A DNA stretch of 64,000 nucleotides from Planctomycetota bacterium (GTDB taxonomy: Bacteria > Planctomycetota > UBA1135 > UBA2386): positions 3,136,001 to 3,200,000 of the forward strand of contig OZ245006.1 in NCBI GenBank assembly GCA_965223545.1, in the 5' to 3' direction. Numbering within the stretch: position 1 is the stretch's first letter; the number at the start of each line of letters is the position of its first letter. The notes under the pieces are model-generated. The model was not told the DNA's origin. It saw only the letters and a list, made by a program, of their open reading frames with translations, and searched no databases. A program made the position numbers and the translations under genes. This document shows, piece after piece, positions 17,565 through 27,490 of the stretch.

Positions 17565-18824
17565 TCAGAACCGCAGCGCCAACTCGGCGCCGAAGTAGAA
17601 GCGACTCTCCCCGTTCGCCGAGAACGGCGAGGCATCGATCAACCAAAACCGGTCGCGCCCGACCTCGAGCTTTACCGTGGTCATGGCGTTGGGCCGGTAG
17701 CCAACGCCGGCCGCGATGCGCTGCAGGCGCTTGGCGTCGTAGCCGAACGCGCTGTTGCCGCCCGCGATGATCTTGCCGTCCATGTGGTACCCCTTGGTGT
17801 CCGAGTAGGTGCCGAACTCACTGATCCGCGCCCCGACGTAGGCGCGCTCAGTCAGATCGACCTGCCCCTCGAACATGCCCCACATGAGGTCGCGATCGAA
17901 CCCGGGCGTGTCGTCGGACTGATGGGCTTGACCAAACGAGGCGGACACCTGCGCCGCTTCGCCGACCTGGAGGATCGCGTTCACTTCGTAGAGCGCAGCG
18001 TCGACGCGCGCACTCGGGCTGGTGCCCGCGGCCGACGGCCGGCCAGCGCCGATCGGCTGGAAGTGGCTGCCGCCGAACTCGAATGCGCTCTTCCCCGCCA
18101 ACCCGTTGACCATGCCGCTGGCGCTGACGTACAGCGCATCGGTCACGTCGGTGGACAGCTTGACGTTGAACGCCTTCGAGCTGCCGTCTTCTTCGCTGCG
18201 CTCGTCATTGCCGTCGGTCACCGAGAAGATCCAGTTGACGCCGCGCGCGGTCCCGTACAGCAAGAGCCCCTCATCGAAGCCATAGGGGTACGCCGCGCTC
18301 TGCGTGATCAACGGGTTGTCGATGGCGTCCTGCCACAGGTACTCCTCGCCGAACGGAATGTCGATGCGCCCGACCTTGATGCCAAGCGCGCCGTCGCCCC
18401 ACCGGTCGCTCAGGACGTTGGTGAAGTGCGCGTAGACCTCGCCGGTGCGCACGAACAAGGAGTCGTCCTTGCCCAGCCGATTGGTCTGCACCTCGACGAA
18501 GAAACCGACGTCACTCCACACCTCGGCTTCGACGAACAGCGATGCCTCCTTGACCATGAAGCCGCCCTCGGGCCGCGTGCCGGCGTTGCCGGTGTCCAAG
18601 AACGCAACGGCTCCGAACCCCGACAGGTGGAAGTTCTCGAACCACTGCCGCCCGAGCCGCGCCGCTCCTTCCTGCGAGGGGCCGGCCTGCTGGATACTGC
18701 CGAGCGAATCCTCGCTCAGATCCACCGCCAATCCATCGCTCTGTGCCGATGCAGGTACCGACAGCGAGGCCCCGACCAACACCGACGCCACCGCCCACCA
18801 CGGGCGAACCAAGACTCCGGCCAA
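17565..18824 (-). CDS. Outer-membrane beta-barrel (porin-like)
   Basis: AAGGAG before TTG 18824; signal peptide; amphipathic strands; 'KVGRIDIPFG'; C-terminal Phe (ELALRF). Confidence 0.8.
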   Translation of the reverse strand: MAGVLVRPWWAVASVLVGASLSVPASAQSDGLAVDLSEDSLGSIQQAGPSQEGAARLGRQWFENFHLSGFGAVAFLDTGNAGTRPEGGFMVKEASLFVEAEVWSDVGFFVEVQTNRLGKDDSLFVRTGEVYAHFTNVLSDRWGDGALGIKVGRIDIPFGEEYLWQDAIDNPLITQSAAYPYGFDEGLLLYGTARGVNWIFSVTDGNDERSEEDGSSKAFNVKLSTDVTDALYVSASGMVNGLAGKSAFEFGGSHFQPIGAGRPSAAGTSPSARVDAALYEVNAILQVGEAAQVSASFGQAHQSDDTPGFDRDLMWGMFEGQVDLTERAYVGARISEFGTYSDTKGYHMDGKIIAGGNSAFGYDAKRLQRIAAGVGYRPNAMTTVKLEVGRDRFWLIDASPFSANGESRFYFGAELALRF

Positions 18825-19015
18825 TGTCTCTCTCCTTGCCTGCTGCCGAGCAGCACACCGGTAGGGCGTGCCCGTAAAGCCTCTCGACCTCCCGCACCAC
18901 GGGGCTTTAGCGCGGCAGGCAGCCGATCCTGAGAGCACTTTCTTGGCTCCTTTCCGGAGCCGCCGCCGAAAAAGTATGGCCGGCGCCGGCGCCACCCCGC
19001 GCATCCAGTGGAGCC

Positions 19016-19783
19016 ATGAAGAAGCTCGCCATTCTCGTGTACGGCGTCGTCGGCTACGCCGTGTTCTTCAGCACGTTCCTGTACCTGATCGGCTTCGTCG
19101 CCGGCGCGGTGGTACCGCGCACCATCGACTCGGGCCCGCTCGCGACCACGCCACTCGACTGGATCCTCAACATCGGCTTTTTGGTGCTGTTCGGCGTGCA
19201 GCACACGATCATGGCGCGGCACCGGTTCAAGGCCTGGTGGACCCGGATCATCCCGGCGGCCGCCGAGCGCACGACGTTCGTGTTGGTCACCTGCGCCATC
19301 CTCGGTCTCATGTTCTGGCAGTGGCGCGCGCTCCCCGGCGTCGTCTGGAGCGTGCAGACCGAGTGGCTCCGCTACGCCATCTACGCGGCCGCGGCAGCGG
19401 GCTGGGCCATCGTGCTGGTCGCCAGCTTCCAGATCGATCACTTCGAACTGTTCGGGCTGCGTCAGACCTGGCTCGCATTCCGCGGCCGCGAAGATGCTCC
19501 ACCGCAGTTCCAGACGCGCGGCTTCTACCGCATCGTGCGACACCCGCTGATGCTCGGCTTCTTGCTGGCGATGTGGAGCGCTCCGGACATGAGCGTCGGC
19601 CACTTGCTGTTCGCCGGGGTCATGTCGCTCTACATCCTCGTGGGCGTGACGATCGAGGAGCGCAGCCTGCTCGCCGTGCACCCGACCGAGTACGCGACCT
19701 ACCGCAGCACGACGCGCAGTCTGATCCCACTGCCCATGCCACGGCGCAGTTCCCCGCGCACACCGGCCGCGCTGCCACAGTGA
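19016..19783 (+). CDS. mddA: Methanethiol S-methyltransferase-like (ICMT/NnrU-type membrane methyltransferase)
   Basis: 'YG...Y..FF.TFLY.IGF', 'QH..MAR..FK.WW', 'ERTTFVL', 'HFELFGLRQ', 'VRHPLMLGF', 'EER.L'. Confidence 0.8.
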   Translation: MKKLAILVYGVVGYAVFFSTFLYLIGFVAGAVVPRTIDSGPLATTPLDWILNIGFLVLFGVQHTIMARHRFKAWWTRIIPAAAERTTFVLVTCAILGLMFWQWRALPGVVWSVQTEWLRYAIYAAAAAGWAIVLVASFQIDHFELFGLRQTWLAFRGREDAPPQFQTRGFYRIVRHPLMLGFLLAMWSAPDMSVGHLLFAGVMSLYILVGVTIEERSLLAVHPTEYATYRSTTRSLIPLPMPRRSSPRTPAALPQ

Positions 19784-19878
19784 GCGCCGCCGGCCCGGCC
19801 GCGTGGAGGGGCGGCCGAGGCCAGCCTGAGCAAAGGACGTGCTCTTGTGGTAGCCTGGGGGGTCGCCCCCGAGGTGCC

Positions 19879-20368
19879 TATGCAAGAAAGAGCAGGAATC
19901 GTCGCCCGCGACATGATGGCGCCGGATCTCAAGACCGCCAAGGCGACGCACCGGGTGCGGGACGCAGTCCGCACCATGCTCAAGTTCGGCATCTCCGGCA
20001 TGCCCGTGGTCGACGACGACCAACGCTTGATCGGCATGCTGACGCAGCGAGACTGCATCCGCGCCTTGATCCGCGCCGTCGAGGAGGGCTTGCCGGGGTC
20101 GATCGTCGAAGACGTCATGACCAAGGGGGACCTGCTGACAGTGACCCCCGACACCCACCTGCTCGGCATCGCGCACCTGTTCTTGACCAATCCGATCCGC
20201 TTCTTGCCGGTGATCGAGAACGACCGACTGATCGGCCAGGTCACCCGTCGCGATCTGCTGCGCTCGGTCCTCGGCGTGTTCGACAAGGCGCCGGACCGAG
20301 AGACCGCGGTGCTCTACTTGAGCGCGGTCGAATCGTCACACACCCACGTGATCCGCGCGCCGCGCTGA
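19879..20368 (+). CDS. CBS-pair protein
   Basis: Two CBS domains (ISGMPVVD..GMLTQRD; FLPV..GQVTRRD). Confidence 0.85.
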
Positions 20369-23300
20369 TCAGTTCCAGCTGATCCGCAACACCGGCGCGG
20401 CCACGGGGTTGCCCTCGTAGGCCTCGGCCGTGCGCTCGCCGGTCCCCGAGAAGATCAGCATCACGTGCTGTCCGGCGTTCCACCCCGGGCGATCGATCAC
20501 CTCCTGGAGCACGGCGGCCAGGTCGGGAGTCTGCTGCTCGCTACCCGCCGCGCCCACGACACTCCAGGGCGCTGGCGCCCAGCTGGCGGACTGGGCCGTC
20601 GTAACCCGGGTCGCGAGCTGGGCCATCCCCACCGACTGGGCGTCGTCCTCGGCGGCGGCGTGGATCAGGATCTGCGCGGGGCCGGTGTCGATCTCGTCCA
20701 CCGTGAACTGCACGGTCGCGTCCTGCAGAACGGCTCCGGCCGGCACGTCGACCGAGAAGCGCAGACCGACGAGCTGCGGCAGCGTACCGTCCACTCCCAG
20801 CTCGAGATCGCTGCTGTTGTAGTAGATCGACCGCGCACCGATGCGCTGCTCTGCGTCCTCGGCACCGTTGGTGATCTGCACGCTGACCGCGCCCGGACCC
20901 GACGTCGTGGTCACCGTCACATCGTCGGACACGGTGTAGCCGCGATCGCTCACCGTCAGCCGCAGCAGATGCACGCCATCGGAATCGAACGTCACCGCGG
21001 TCTGCGGATCGCTCGGATCGATGAACGACGCGCTCCCGGGTCCGCTGATGTGTGCCCAACCGACCGTTGCCGCCACCGTCGCGCCTGCGATCGTGCCAAC
21101 GAGCGGCACCGGCACCATCGTGTTTGCCGTCTGGTCCGGGCCCGCGTCCACCGTCGGCGGCTGATCGGCGATCAAGTACCCGACCGTCAACAGCGGCGCC
21201 TGGCTGGGGTTTCCATCGAACGCCTCGGCGGTGCGCGTGCCGGTGCCCTCGATCAAGAAGAGGATGTGGTTGCCGGGCTGCCACCCCGGCCGATCGACGA
21301 TCTCCTGCACGACCGCACTGAGATCCGGCGTGCGCTGGTCCGGCGTCGCGAACCCGATCTTGCCCCAGTACGCCGGCGACCACGGCACCGAGGCCGACGT
21401 CCGCGCGCGCGCACTCAGGTTCTGGGCCTTGCCGGTGATGACCGCGGCATCGTCGGTGGCCTCGGCGTAGATGTGCACGTCGCACGCGCCGGACTTCAGC
21501 TCATCCGTCGTGAACTGCAGCCGCGCGTCCTCGATCGCCGCTCCCGCGGGCACGTCCAACGTGAACCGCAAGCCCAAGAGCTGGGTGCGGCTGCCATCGA
21601 CGCACAGCTCCAGATCGGAGCTGCCGAGGCTGACGTCCGGTGTCCCCAAGTGCTCCTCGGCATCGTCGGCGCTCGCCGCGATGCGTTGTACGGCCAGTCC
21701 GCTCGGGATCGGCCCCGCCGCCACCGTGTGCCCGCCGAGTTGGACCTCCGCCAGACTGAGCGGATCGGTCCCCGCGAGCTGCACGCGCAGATAGCGCCCC
21801 GCCGCTTGCAGGTCGACGAACTCCTCACGCCCCGCGCTGCCGGGGAAGTGGCCCGACACCACGCCCGGCTGGGCGAGGGCGGCGCCCAGCGACGCGGATG
21901 CGAACGGCGATGGGGACAGCAGCACGTGGAAGTCCGAGAGCCGGCTCGAACAGCAGTCGGTGCGGTTCCACAGCCTCGCCCGGTCGATCGCGAAGGCGGT
22001 GCCGAGGTCGACCTCCCAGTACGGCTCGAGCTCGGTCGCCGTGTGGGTCACCGAGGCGTTGGCAAAGACCCCGTCGATGTTGCCGTCGACCGCCAGGTCG
22101 GCCGGCGCCGAATAGGCGGTCGATGACTGCGCCACACTTCCCGACACGGCCGACGGATCCATCCCCGCGATCCATGCACGCACCAACGCAACCGCGCCGG
22201 CATCGATGACGGCGCGCCCCAATGGCGGCATCGCGCAGCAGCCACTCCGGCTGTTGATCCGCTGATACAAGATCGACCGCCCCAGATCACCGGGTACCAC
22301 GACCCGAGCGCCGGCGATGCCCAAATCGTCCGACACCGCTCCGTCGACCACACCTTGGAACGGCAACGCTCGGCTCGCGCGCAGGTCCAGGCTGTTGCGA
22401 CCAGAGCCCGCCCGGTGGCACTGGGCGCAGTTGGCATCGAGATACGAGCGCACGCGATCCTCCAGCGCGGCGTTCGAGTCGTCGACCGGAGTGTTGCGCG
22501 GAAGGTCCGCGATCTCCGGCTCGGCGATCGGCGGCGAGAAGAAGCCGAGCGCGTTGAGAGTGCGCAGCTGGTTGTCGGTGACGCCGGACGGGTAGGAGAA
22601 CGCGCGGTTGAGCTGCCGGGTGTTGATCCCGGCGACGAAGCCGGCCTGTGGGTTGTGGCATTGCTGGCAGTCGGCCCGACTCGGGTAGTAGTAGGACACC
22701 GGCTGGCCATCGATGACGACGTTCTCCTGCAGGCTCGTCAGCAGCAGGTCTGCGTCGGTGCCCGCCGCGTTCCACTTGTAGGTGACGCCATACCAAGCGT
22801 CCTGACCGTGGACCAACAGCCGCGTCTCCAACCGCCGGCGGTCCGGCGTCTCGAAGTGCTTGACCATGACCGTCCCGACCGGGAACCCGAAGGGATCTTC
22901 CTCATGGAAGGTGATCTGCTCGGCAGAGTTGTCGGGCGTGCCGTCGTTGGGGATCGCCAGCCACCGCTGCTTGACCAGACCATCGCTCCAGAGCTCGGTA
23001 TTGACCTCGTACGGGATCAGCCCGGCGGCGGGCACCAGGCCCGTGACGTCGCTGAACGCTCCGGTCTGCGACAGCAGCGCAGGGGCCTCGGGATAACCGC
23101 CGCCCTGGCGGTCGAGCAGGTAGATCGGCACATCCGCGCCGAGGCCGCAGGCGTAGACCTCGCCGGCGTGGTCTTGACCGAAGGTCGCCAGGTCACCGGG
23201 CCCGAACTGCAGCAGCGTTTGCTTGATCGCCGTCTGTCCGCCGGGATCCAGCGTGAGCGCCCAGACGTTGTCGCGGCTGTAGTCGCCACAGATGTACTGA

Positions 23301-24451
23301 CCGACCAGCCCCGGGTGCAGGCGCCCGCGATAGACGTAGCCGCCGATGATCGCCCGCGCCTCGGTGCGATCGAAGTCGATCACCGGTGGTTGATCGGTAC
23401 CGATCAAAGGGCTGGGCTTCGCGTATCGGAACGGGACCGTGCCCTCCATGTACGGCCACTGGTAGTTCATGCCCCGCCGAATGAGGTTGACCTCTTCCTT
23501 CGTCCCTTGGCCGATCTCCGCTTCCCAGATGTTGCCAGTCGCGGAGTCGATCGTCATGCGGTGCGGGTTGCGGTGCCCGATGGACCAGAACTCCTCGAAC
23601 ACGGCGCCGCCGCCGTCCAAGAACGGGTTGTCGCTCGGGATGAAGTAGCCGTTGCCGCTGGTCTCGTCGCTGTTGCCGGCGTGCACCCCCATGCGCCGGC
23701 GTGGAGGATGACTGACCGTTCCGCCGCGCTGATCGACATCGATGCGAATGACGCCGCCTTCGAAGTTGTCGCTGATGTCCTGCGCCGTCGTGTAGCGGAA
23801 CTGGTCGCCGATCGACAGGTACAAGAAGCCGTCATCGCCGAACAGCAACCCACCGCCGCGGTGTGAGCCGTTGTACAGCCGTACGTTGAACAGCACCTGC
23901 TCGGAGTTGGGATCGGCGACGCTCGAGCCGTCCGGTTTCGTGAACCGCGACAGCCGCAGGTAGCAGTTGAAGAACCCGCTGGTCGACGCGGTCGGGTAGC
24001 TCGCGCCAGGCGCCCGCGCGGTGTAGTACACGAAGAACGAGCCGCGGTTCGGCGAGCTGGCATCGCCCCAGTCCGGATGGAACGCGTGTCCGAGGAAGCC
24101 GCCGTCCCACACCACCGCGGTGCGGTCTTTGATGTCGAGAAACAGCTGCTTGACGGTGGCCAACCGGTTGTTGTCGAAGCGCTCGATGATCCCGTCCCGC
24201 GAGCCGACGAACAGCTGGTTCGTGCCGGGCTCGGGCGTGAACGTCAGCGGGTCGCGGAACCGGAGGTTGGGAAACGCGTCGGTCCACGCCAACGGGCCCG
24301 AGGCCGACCCCGGAGTGCCCGCTGGCATCCTCCCGTTGAGGAAGACGCCGATCGGCTGCGCTGAGGTCATCCCGTAGGGTTGCGCCGCGGCTGGCACCGC
24401 GACGACGGAGAGCACCGCCAAGGCGGCGGCGACGAGGGCGAAGTGGGGCAT
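20369..24451 (-). CDS. Secreted modular protein: GSDH/PQQ-type beta-propeller, diheme cytochrome c, F-type lectin, two DNRLRE-like domains flanking a PKD-like domain
   Basis: 'H.GG.L.FG.DG.LY..GD', 'GHRNPHR', 'GGYVYRG'; CQQCH and CAQCH plus MPP; 'HT..ELEPYWEVDLG..RTDCCSSR'; duplicated 'DAE..SSDLEL..GLRF..QFT.DE..TPDL..QE..DRPGW'. Confidence 0.85.
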   Translation of the reverse strand: MPHFALVAAALAVLSVVAVPAAAQPYGMTSAQPIGVFLNGRMPAGTPGSASGPLAWTDAFPNLRFRDPLTFTPEPGTNQLFVGSRDGIIERFDNNRLATVKQLFLDIKDRTAVVWDGGFLGHAFHPDWGDASSPNRGSFFVYYTARAPGASYPTASTSGFFNCYLRLSRFTKPDGSSVADPNSEQVLFNVRLYNGSHRGGGLLFGDDGFLYLSIGDQFRYTTAQDISDNFEGGVIRIDVDQRGGTVSHPPRRRMGVHAGNSDETSGNGYFIPSDNPFLDGGGAVFEEFWSIGHRNPHRMTIDSATGNIWEAEIGQGTKEEVNLIRRGMNYQWPYMEGTVPFRYAKPSPLIGTDQPPVIDFDRTEARAIIGGYVYRGRLHPGLVGQYICGDYSRDNVWALTLDPGGQTAIKQTLLQFGPGDLATFGQDHAGEVYACGLGADVPIYLLDRQGGGYPEAPALLSQTGAFSDVTGLVPAAGLIPYEVNTELWSDGLVKQRWLAIPNDGTPDNSAEQITFHEEDPFGFPVGTVMVKHFETPDRRRLETRLLVHGQDAWYGVTYKWNAAGTDADLLLTSLQENVVIDGQPVSYYYPSRADCQQCHNPQAGFVAGINTRQLNRAFSYPSGVTDNQLRTLNALGFFSPPIAEPEIADLPRNTPVDDSNAALEDRVRSYLDANCAQCHRAGSGRNSLDLRASRALPFQGVVDGAVSDDLGIAGARVVVPGDLGRSILYQRINSRSGCCAMPPLGRAVIDAGAVALVRAWIAGMDPSAVSGSVAQSSTAYSAPADLAVDGNIDGVFANASVTHTATELEPYWEVDLGTAFAIDRARLWNRTDCCSSRLSDFHVLLSPSPFASASLGAALAQPGVVSGHFPGSAGREEFVDLQAAGRYLRVQLAGTDPLSLAEVQLGGHTVAAGPIPSGLAVQRIAASADDAEEHLGTPDVSLGSSDLELCVDGSRTQLLGLRFTLDVPAGAAIEDARLQFTTDELKSGACDVHIYAEATDDAAVITGKAQNLSARARTSASVPWSPAYWGKIGFATPDQRTPDLSAVVQEIVDRPGWQPGNHILFLIEGTGTRTAEAFDGNPSQAPLLTVGYLIADQPPTVDAGPDQTANTMVPVPLVGTIAGATVAATVGWAHISGPGSASFIDPSDPQTAVTFDSDGVHLLRLTVSDRGYTVSDDVTVTTTSGPGAVSVQITNGAEDAEQRIGARSIYYNSSDLELGVDGTLPQLVGLRFSVDVPAGAVLQDATVQFTVDEIDTGPAQILIHAAAEDDAQSVGMAQLATRVTTAQSASWAPAPWSVVGAAGSEQQTPDLAAVLQEVIDRPGWNAGQHVMLIFSGTGERTAEAYEGNPVAAPVLRISWN

Positions 24452-24573
24452 ACGGCAAACCAGGCGGGAGCGAGCCGCATCCGAGTCTGACCATCGCGCG
24501 TGTCCTGTCAACGACGCCGGCGCGGAGCCGCTGCAGTGGCAGCGGCCAGGCCGCCGATACCATCGGCATCACG

Positions 24574-25629
24574 ATGCCTGCACCAAACTCGCTTTCCAAC
24601 CATTTGATCTGGGCCGCGGCTCTGCTTTGTCCACCGGCAGCCGCCCAACCCGCGATCGAAGTGTTCGTCCTCGCCGGCCAATCCAACATGGAGGGCAAGG
24701 CACAGAACCGACTGCTCGAAGCACAAGCTGCCGCGGAACCGACTGCCGAACTGCTGGCGCCCTACCGCAAAGGCAACGCGTGGGCCATCCGCGACGACGT
24801 GTTCGTGGTGTTCGGCGACCGCGCCGGCAAGCTCACCATCGGCTACGGCTCGCCCGGCCGCACGGGCGTCGAGTTGGCATTCGGCACCGCGCTCGGGGAT
24901 CACTTCGACGCACCGGTGCTGCTGGTGAAGACCGCCTGGGGCGGCCATTCGCTCGCCCGCCAGTTCCGGCCGCCGTCCGCCGGCATGCCGGACGCCGAAC
25001 GGCTGCAGGAAGAGCTGGAACGCGCGATCGAGCGCACCGAGAAGCGCAACCGAGACCGCGACCGCGACGATCCCCTACCCACGCTCGCCGAGATCGCCGG
25101 CGCATACGGCAGCTCGTACCGCGCGATGATCGCCGAAGTACAGCGAGTGCTGGCCGAACCGGAGTCTGTGCATCCCTCCTTGGCCGGCCGAGAGACCTCC
25201 CTGGCCGGCTTCGTCTGGTTCCAAGGTTGGAACGACCAGTACGACAACGCACACGCGAGCTACGACGCCAACCTGCGCCACCTGATCGGCGACGTGCGGC
25301 GAGACCTCGACGCTCCCGGCTTGCCGATCGTGATCGCCGCGATGGGACAGAACGGATCGACGCCAGCCACCGGCACGATGCGCGCCATCCAGCGCGCCCA
25401 GCTCGCCATGAACGACGTACCCGAGTTCAAAGGCACGGTCCGCGCCCTGGCCACCGACGCCCTCGTCGACCACGCCGCCGAGGCACTCTATCCCGAGTGG
25501 AAGCAGCGCCGCGAGGAGTGGGACCGCACCGGCTCCGACCATCCGTACCACTACTACGGCAGCGCGGTGTGGTTCTGTCGGATCGGAAATGCGATGGCCA
25601 CCGCGATGCTCGACCTGATCGAAGAGTAG
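24574..25629 (+). CDS. Sialate O-acetylesterase (SASA) family esterase
   Basis: Signal peptide; LAGQSNM, 'KTAWGG.SL', WFQGWND, HPYHY. Confidence 0.88.
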   Translation: MPAPNSLSNHLIWAAALLCPPAAAQPAIEVFVLAGQSNMEGKAQNRLLEAQAAAEPTAELLAPYRKGNAWAIRDDVFVVFGDRAGKLTIGYGSPGRTGVELAFGTALGDHFDAPVLLVKTAWGGHSLARQFRPPSAGMPDAERLQEELERAIERTEKRNRDRDRDDPLPTLAEIAGAYGSSYRAMIAEVQRVLAEPESVHPSLAGRETSLAGFVWFQGWNDQYDNAHASYDANLRHLIGDVRRDLDAPGLPIVIAAMGQNGSTPATGTMRAIQRAQLAMNDVPEFKGTVRALATDALVDHAAEALYPEWKQRREEWDRTGSDHPYHYYGSAVWFCRIGNAMATAMLDLIEE

Positions 25630-25657
25630 CAGCGCGATGGTCCCGGCCGCTCTAGTA

Positions 25658-27412
25658 CTAGGTCAGCCGCCGCGGAGGCTTGCGCTCGCCGATGAAGCGC
25701 ACCGCTTCGTGCGCCCATCGCGGCGCGGCCTGCTCCTGCGGAGGACTCGCCAGAAAGCGCACGACCGCGAGCACCGGTAGATCTCGATCCCCGGCCTCGG
25801 GCACCGCGGCGCGCGCCTCGAACGCGGCCACGGTGAGCTTGATCGCATGCGCGACGAAGATCGCCCGAGTGCCCGGCGCTGCCAACACGAGCGCGCGCAG
25901 CGCGTGGTCGAGCGGGGTCGCCCCGCCGGCGGTCAGCACCGCGGCGGCGCGCGTCACTGCCGCGGCGGCATCGCGGGCCTCGATCGCGGCGACCACCGCG
26001 TCGGGCGTGGATGCGTCGCCGGGCACCACGGACCAGGGCGCACGCTGGTCGGCGGGCGCGTCCAACGGCCTGCAGCGCTGCACGAAGTGGGCCGCGAAGT
26101 ACAGCGACCGCAAGGCGGTCGGCCGCGGGTCCCGTTGCAGCGCGATGCGCACGGCGTGCGCGTAGGTGAACGCGTGGGTGACGTCGAGCCATCCCTCCTG
26201 CACGGTGGGATCGCGATCGATTTCGACATCGAAGCGCAGCATGCGTTCCGCGGCCGCCGAAACGATGGCGTCGGAGACCGCGACCGGGTCGCCGCCGGCG
26301 CGCAGCGCGCTGGAGATCGCGGCCGCGGCCTCGCGGGCCCGGCCTTCGAGCAGCGCGTGCCGCAGTGCTTCGCGATCCGCCGCCGCCAGCGCTCCGGCTT
26401 GGCTCCGCCACGTCGGCCAGTCGCCGGCGACCGTGTCGATGTGCTCAGCCACGGCGCGCATCGGCGGCAGCGTGTCCTCCCGCGTGCCGGTCACGATCTT
26501 GAACAGGAGGGCCGGTAGCACCGCCGGCGCCCAGCGCCATCCGACCTGCGCGAGCAGGTCGAAGGCCTTTGTCGTGTAGATCATGCTGTGGCCGAAGTCG
26601 AGCAGGTGGTCGCTGCACAGCGCCAAGAACCAAGCCTGCACGTCGACTGCCGGCGCCCCGCCCGCGAGGGCAGTCCGCAGCAGCGCCTCGGCACCGGCGG
26701 CATCCTCGTCCTCGACCCACTGGCGCAGGACGCCCTCGATCGCATCCGCCTTCGCCGCTGGTGCGGCTTCTCGCGGGTCGGGCGTCGGCCGCGGTGCGCG
26801 CCGTGCGTTGGACTCGGTGGCACAGGCCAGACCGTAGACGATGGCCAAGAGCCGCGACTCCACTCCGAGCTCGGGAGCTCCGACCCAGCCCAACAAGTCT
26901 GCACACACTGCCAGGGCATGCCCGCTGCCGTACTCACCGCGCTCCGCGTCGAAGCGCACCGCCGCCAGCAGGAGGTCGCTCGGGTCGACGCCGGCGGTCA
27001 GCAGCCGCATGCCATCCCGCGCCATGCGCGCCTTGTCGTCTTCGATCATGGCGGCGGCCAAGCTCCCCCACGTGCGCTCGACGTCGGCGTCGCCAGCACG
27101 CGCCACCTGCACCTCGATGCGCCCGGCGCGCACGCGCACGTCGTAGCGCTCGACGTCCTCGTCACCTTGCACGCAGCGGCCGGTGCGAAGATCGAACTTG
27201 TAGTTGTGCCACGCACAAGTCAGGACGCAGTCCCGCACCCGCCCCTGCAGCAGCGGATAGCCCTCGTGCGGACACAGGTTGTCGACCGCGTAGAGCTGCG
27301 CATCGTCGACCCGAAACACCGCGATCTGGCGCCCCTCGTGCCGCACCAACTCCGCACTTCCCACCGGCACGTCGGCCTCGGCAGCGACGTCCACCCATCG
27401 AGTCGGTTCCAT
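25658..27412 (-). CDS. Rieske [2Fe-2S] ferredoxin fused to a duplicated His-containing helical domain
   Basis: CPHEG...CAWH Rieske motifs; helical repeats carrying 'GSGH', 'DFGHSMIY', 'WLDVTHAFTYAHA', 'AHAIK'. Confidence 0.8.
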   Translation of the reverse strand: MEPTRWVDVAAEADVPVGSAELVRHEGRQIAVFRVDDAQLYAVDNLCPHEGYPLLQGRVRDCVLTCAWHNYKFDLRTGRCVQGDEDVERYDVRVRAGRIEVQVARAGDADVERTWGSLAAAMIEDDKARMARDGMRLLTAGVDPSDLLLAAVRFDAERGEYGSGHALAVCADLLGWVGAPELGVESRLLAIVYGLACATESNARRAPRPTPDPREAAPAAKADAIEGVLRQWVEDEDAAGAEALLRTALAGGAPAVDVQAWFLALCSDHLLDFGHSMIYTTKAFDLLAQVGWRWAPAVLPALLFKIVTGTREDTLPPMRAVAEHIDTVAGDWPTWRSQAGALAAADREALRHALLEGRAREAAAAISSALRAGGDPVAVSDAIVSAAAERMLRFDVEIDRDPTVQEGWLDVTHAFTYAHAVRIALQRDPRPTALRSLYFAAHFVQRCRPLDAPADQRAPWSVVPGDASTPDAVVAAIEARDAAAAVTRAAAVLTAGGATPLDHALRALVLAAPGTRAIFVAHAIKLTVAAFEARAAVPEAGDRDLPVLAVVRFLASPPQEQAAPRWAHEAVRFIGERKPPRRLT

Positions 27413-27439
27413 ATTTAGAAACTCATCACTTTTTCAATC

Positions 27440-27465
27440 ATTACGCAAGACTTTACTTGCATAAT
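27440..27465. promoter_or_regulatory. Inverted-repeat operator in the divergent Rieske/regulator promoter
   Basis: ATTACGCAAG-N6-CTTGCATAAT (10-bp arms, one mismatch) in an AT-rich intergenic patch. Confidence 0.65.
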
Positions 27466-27490
27466 TATCCGTCGGCGGTAGCCTGCCGAG

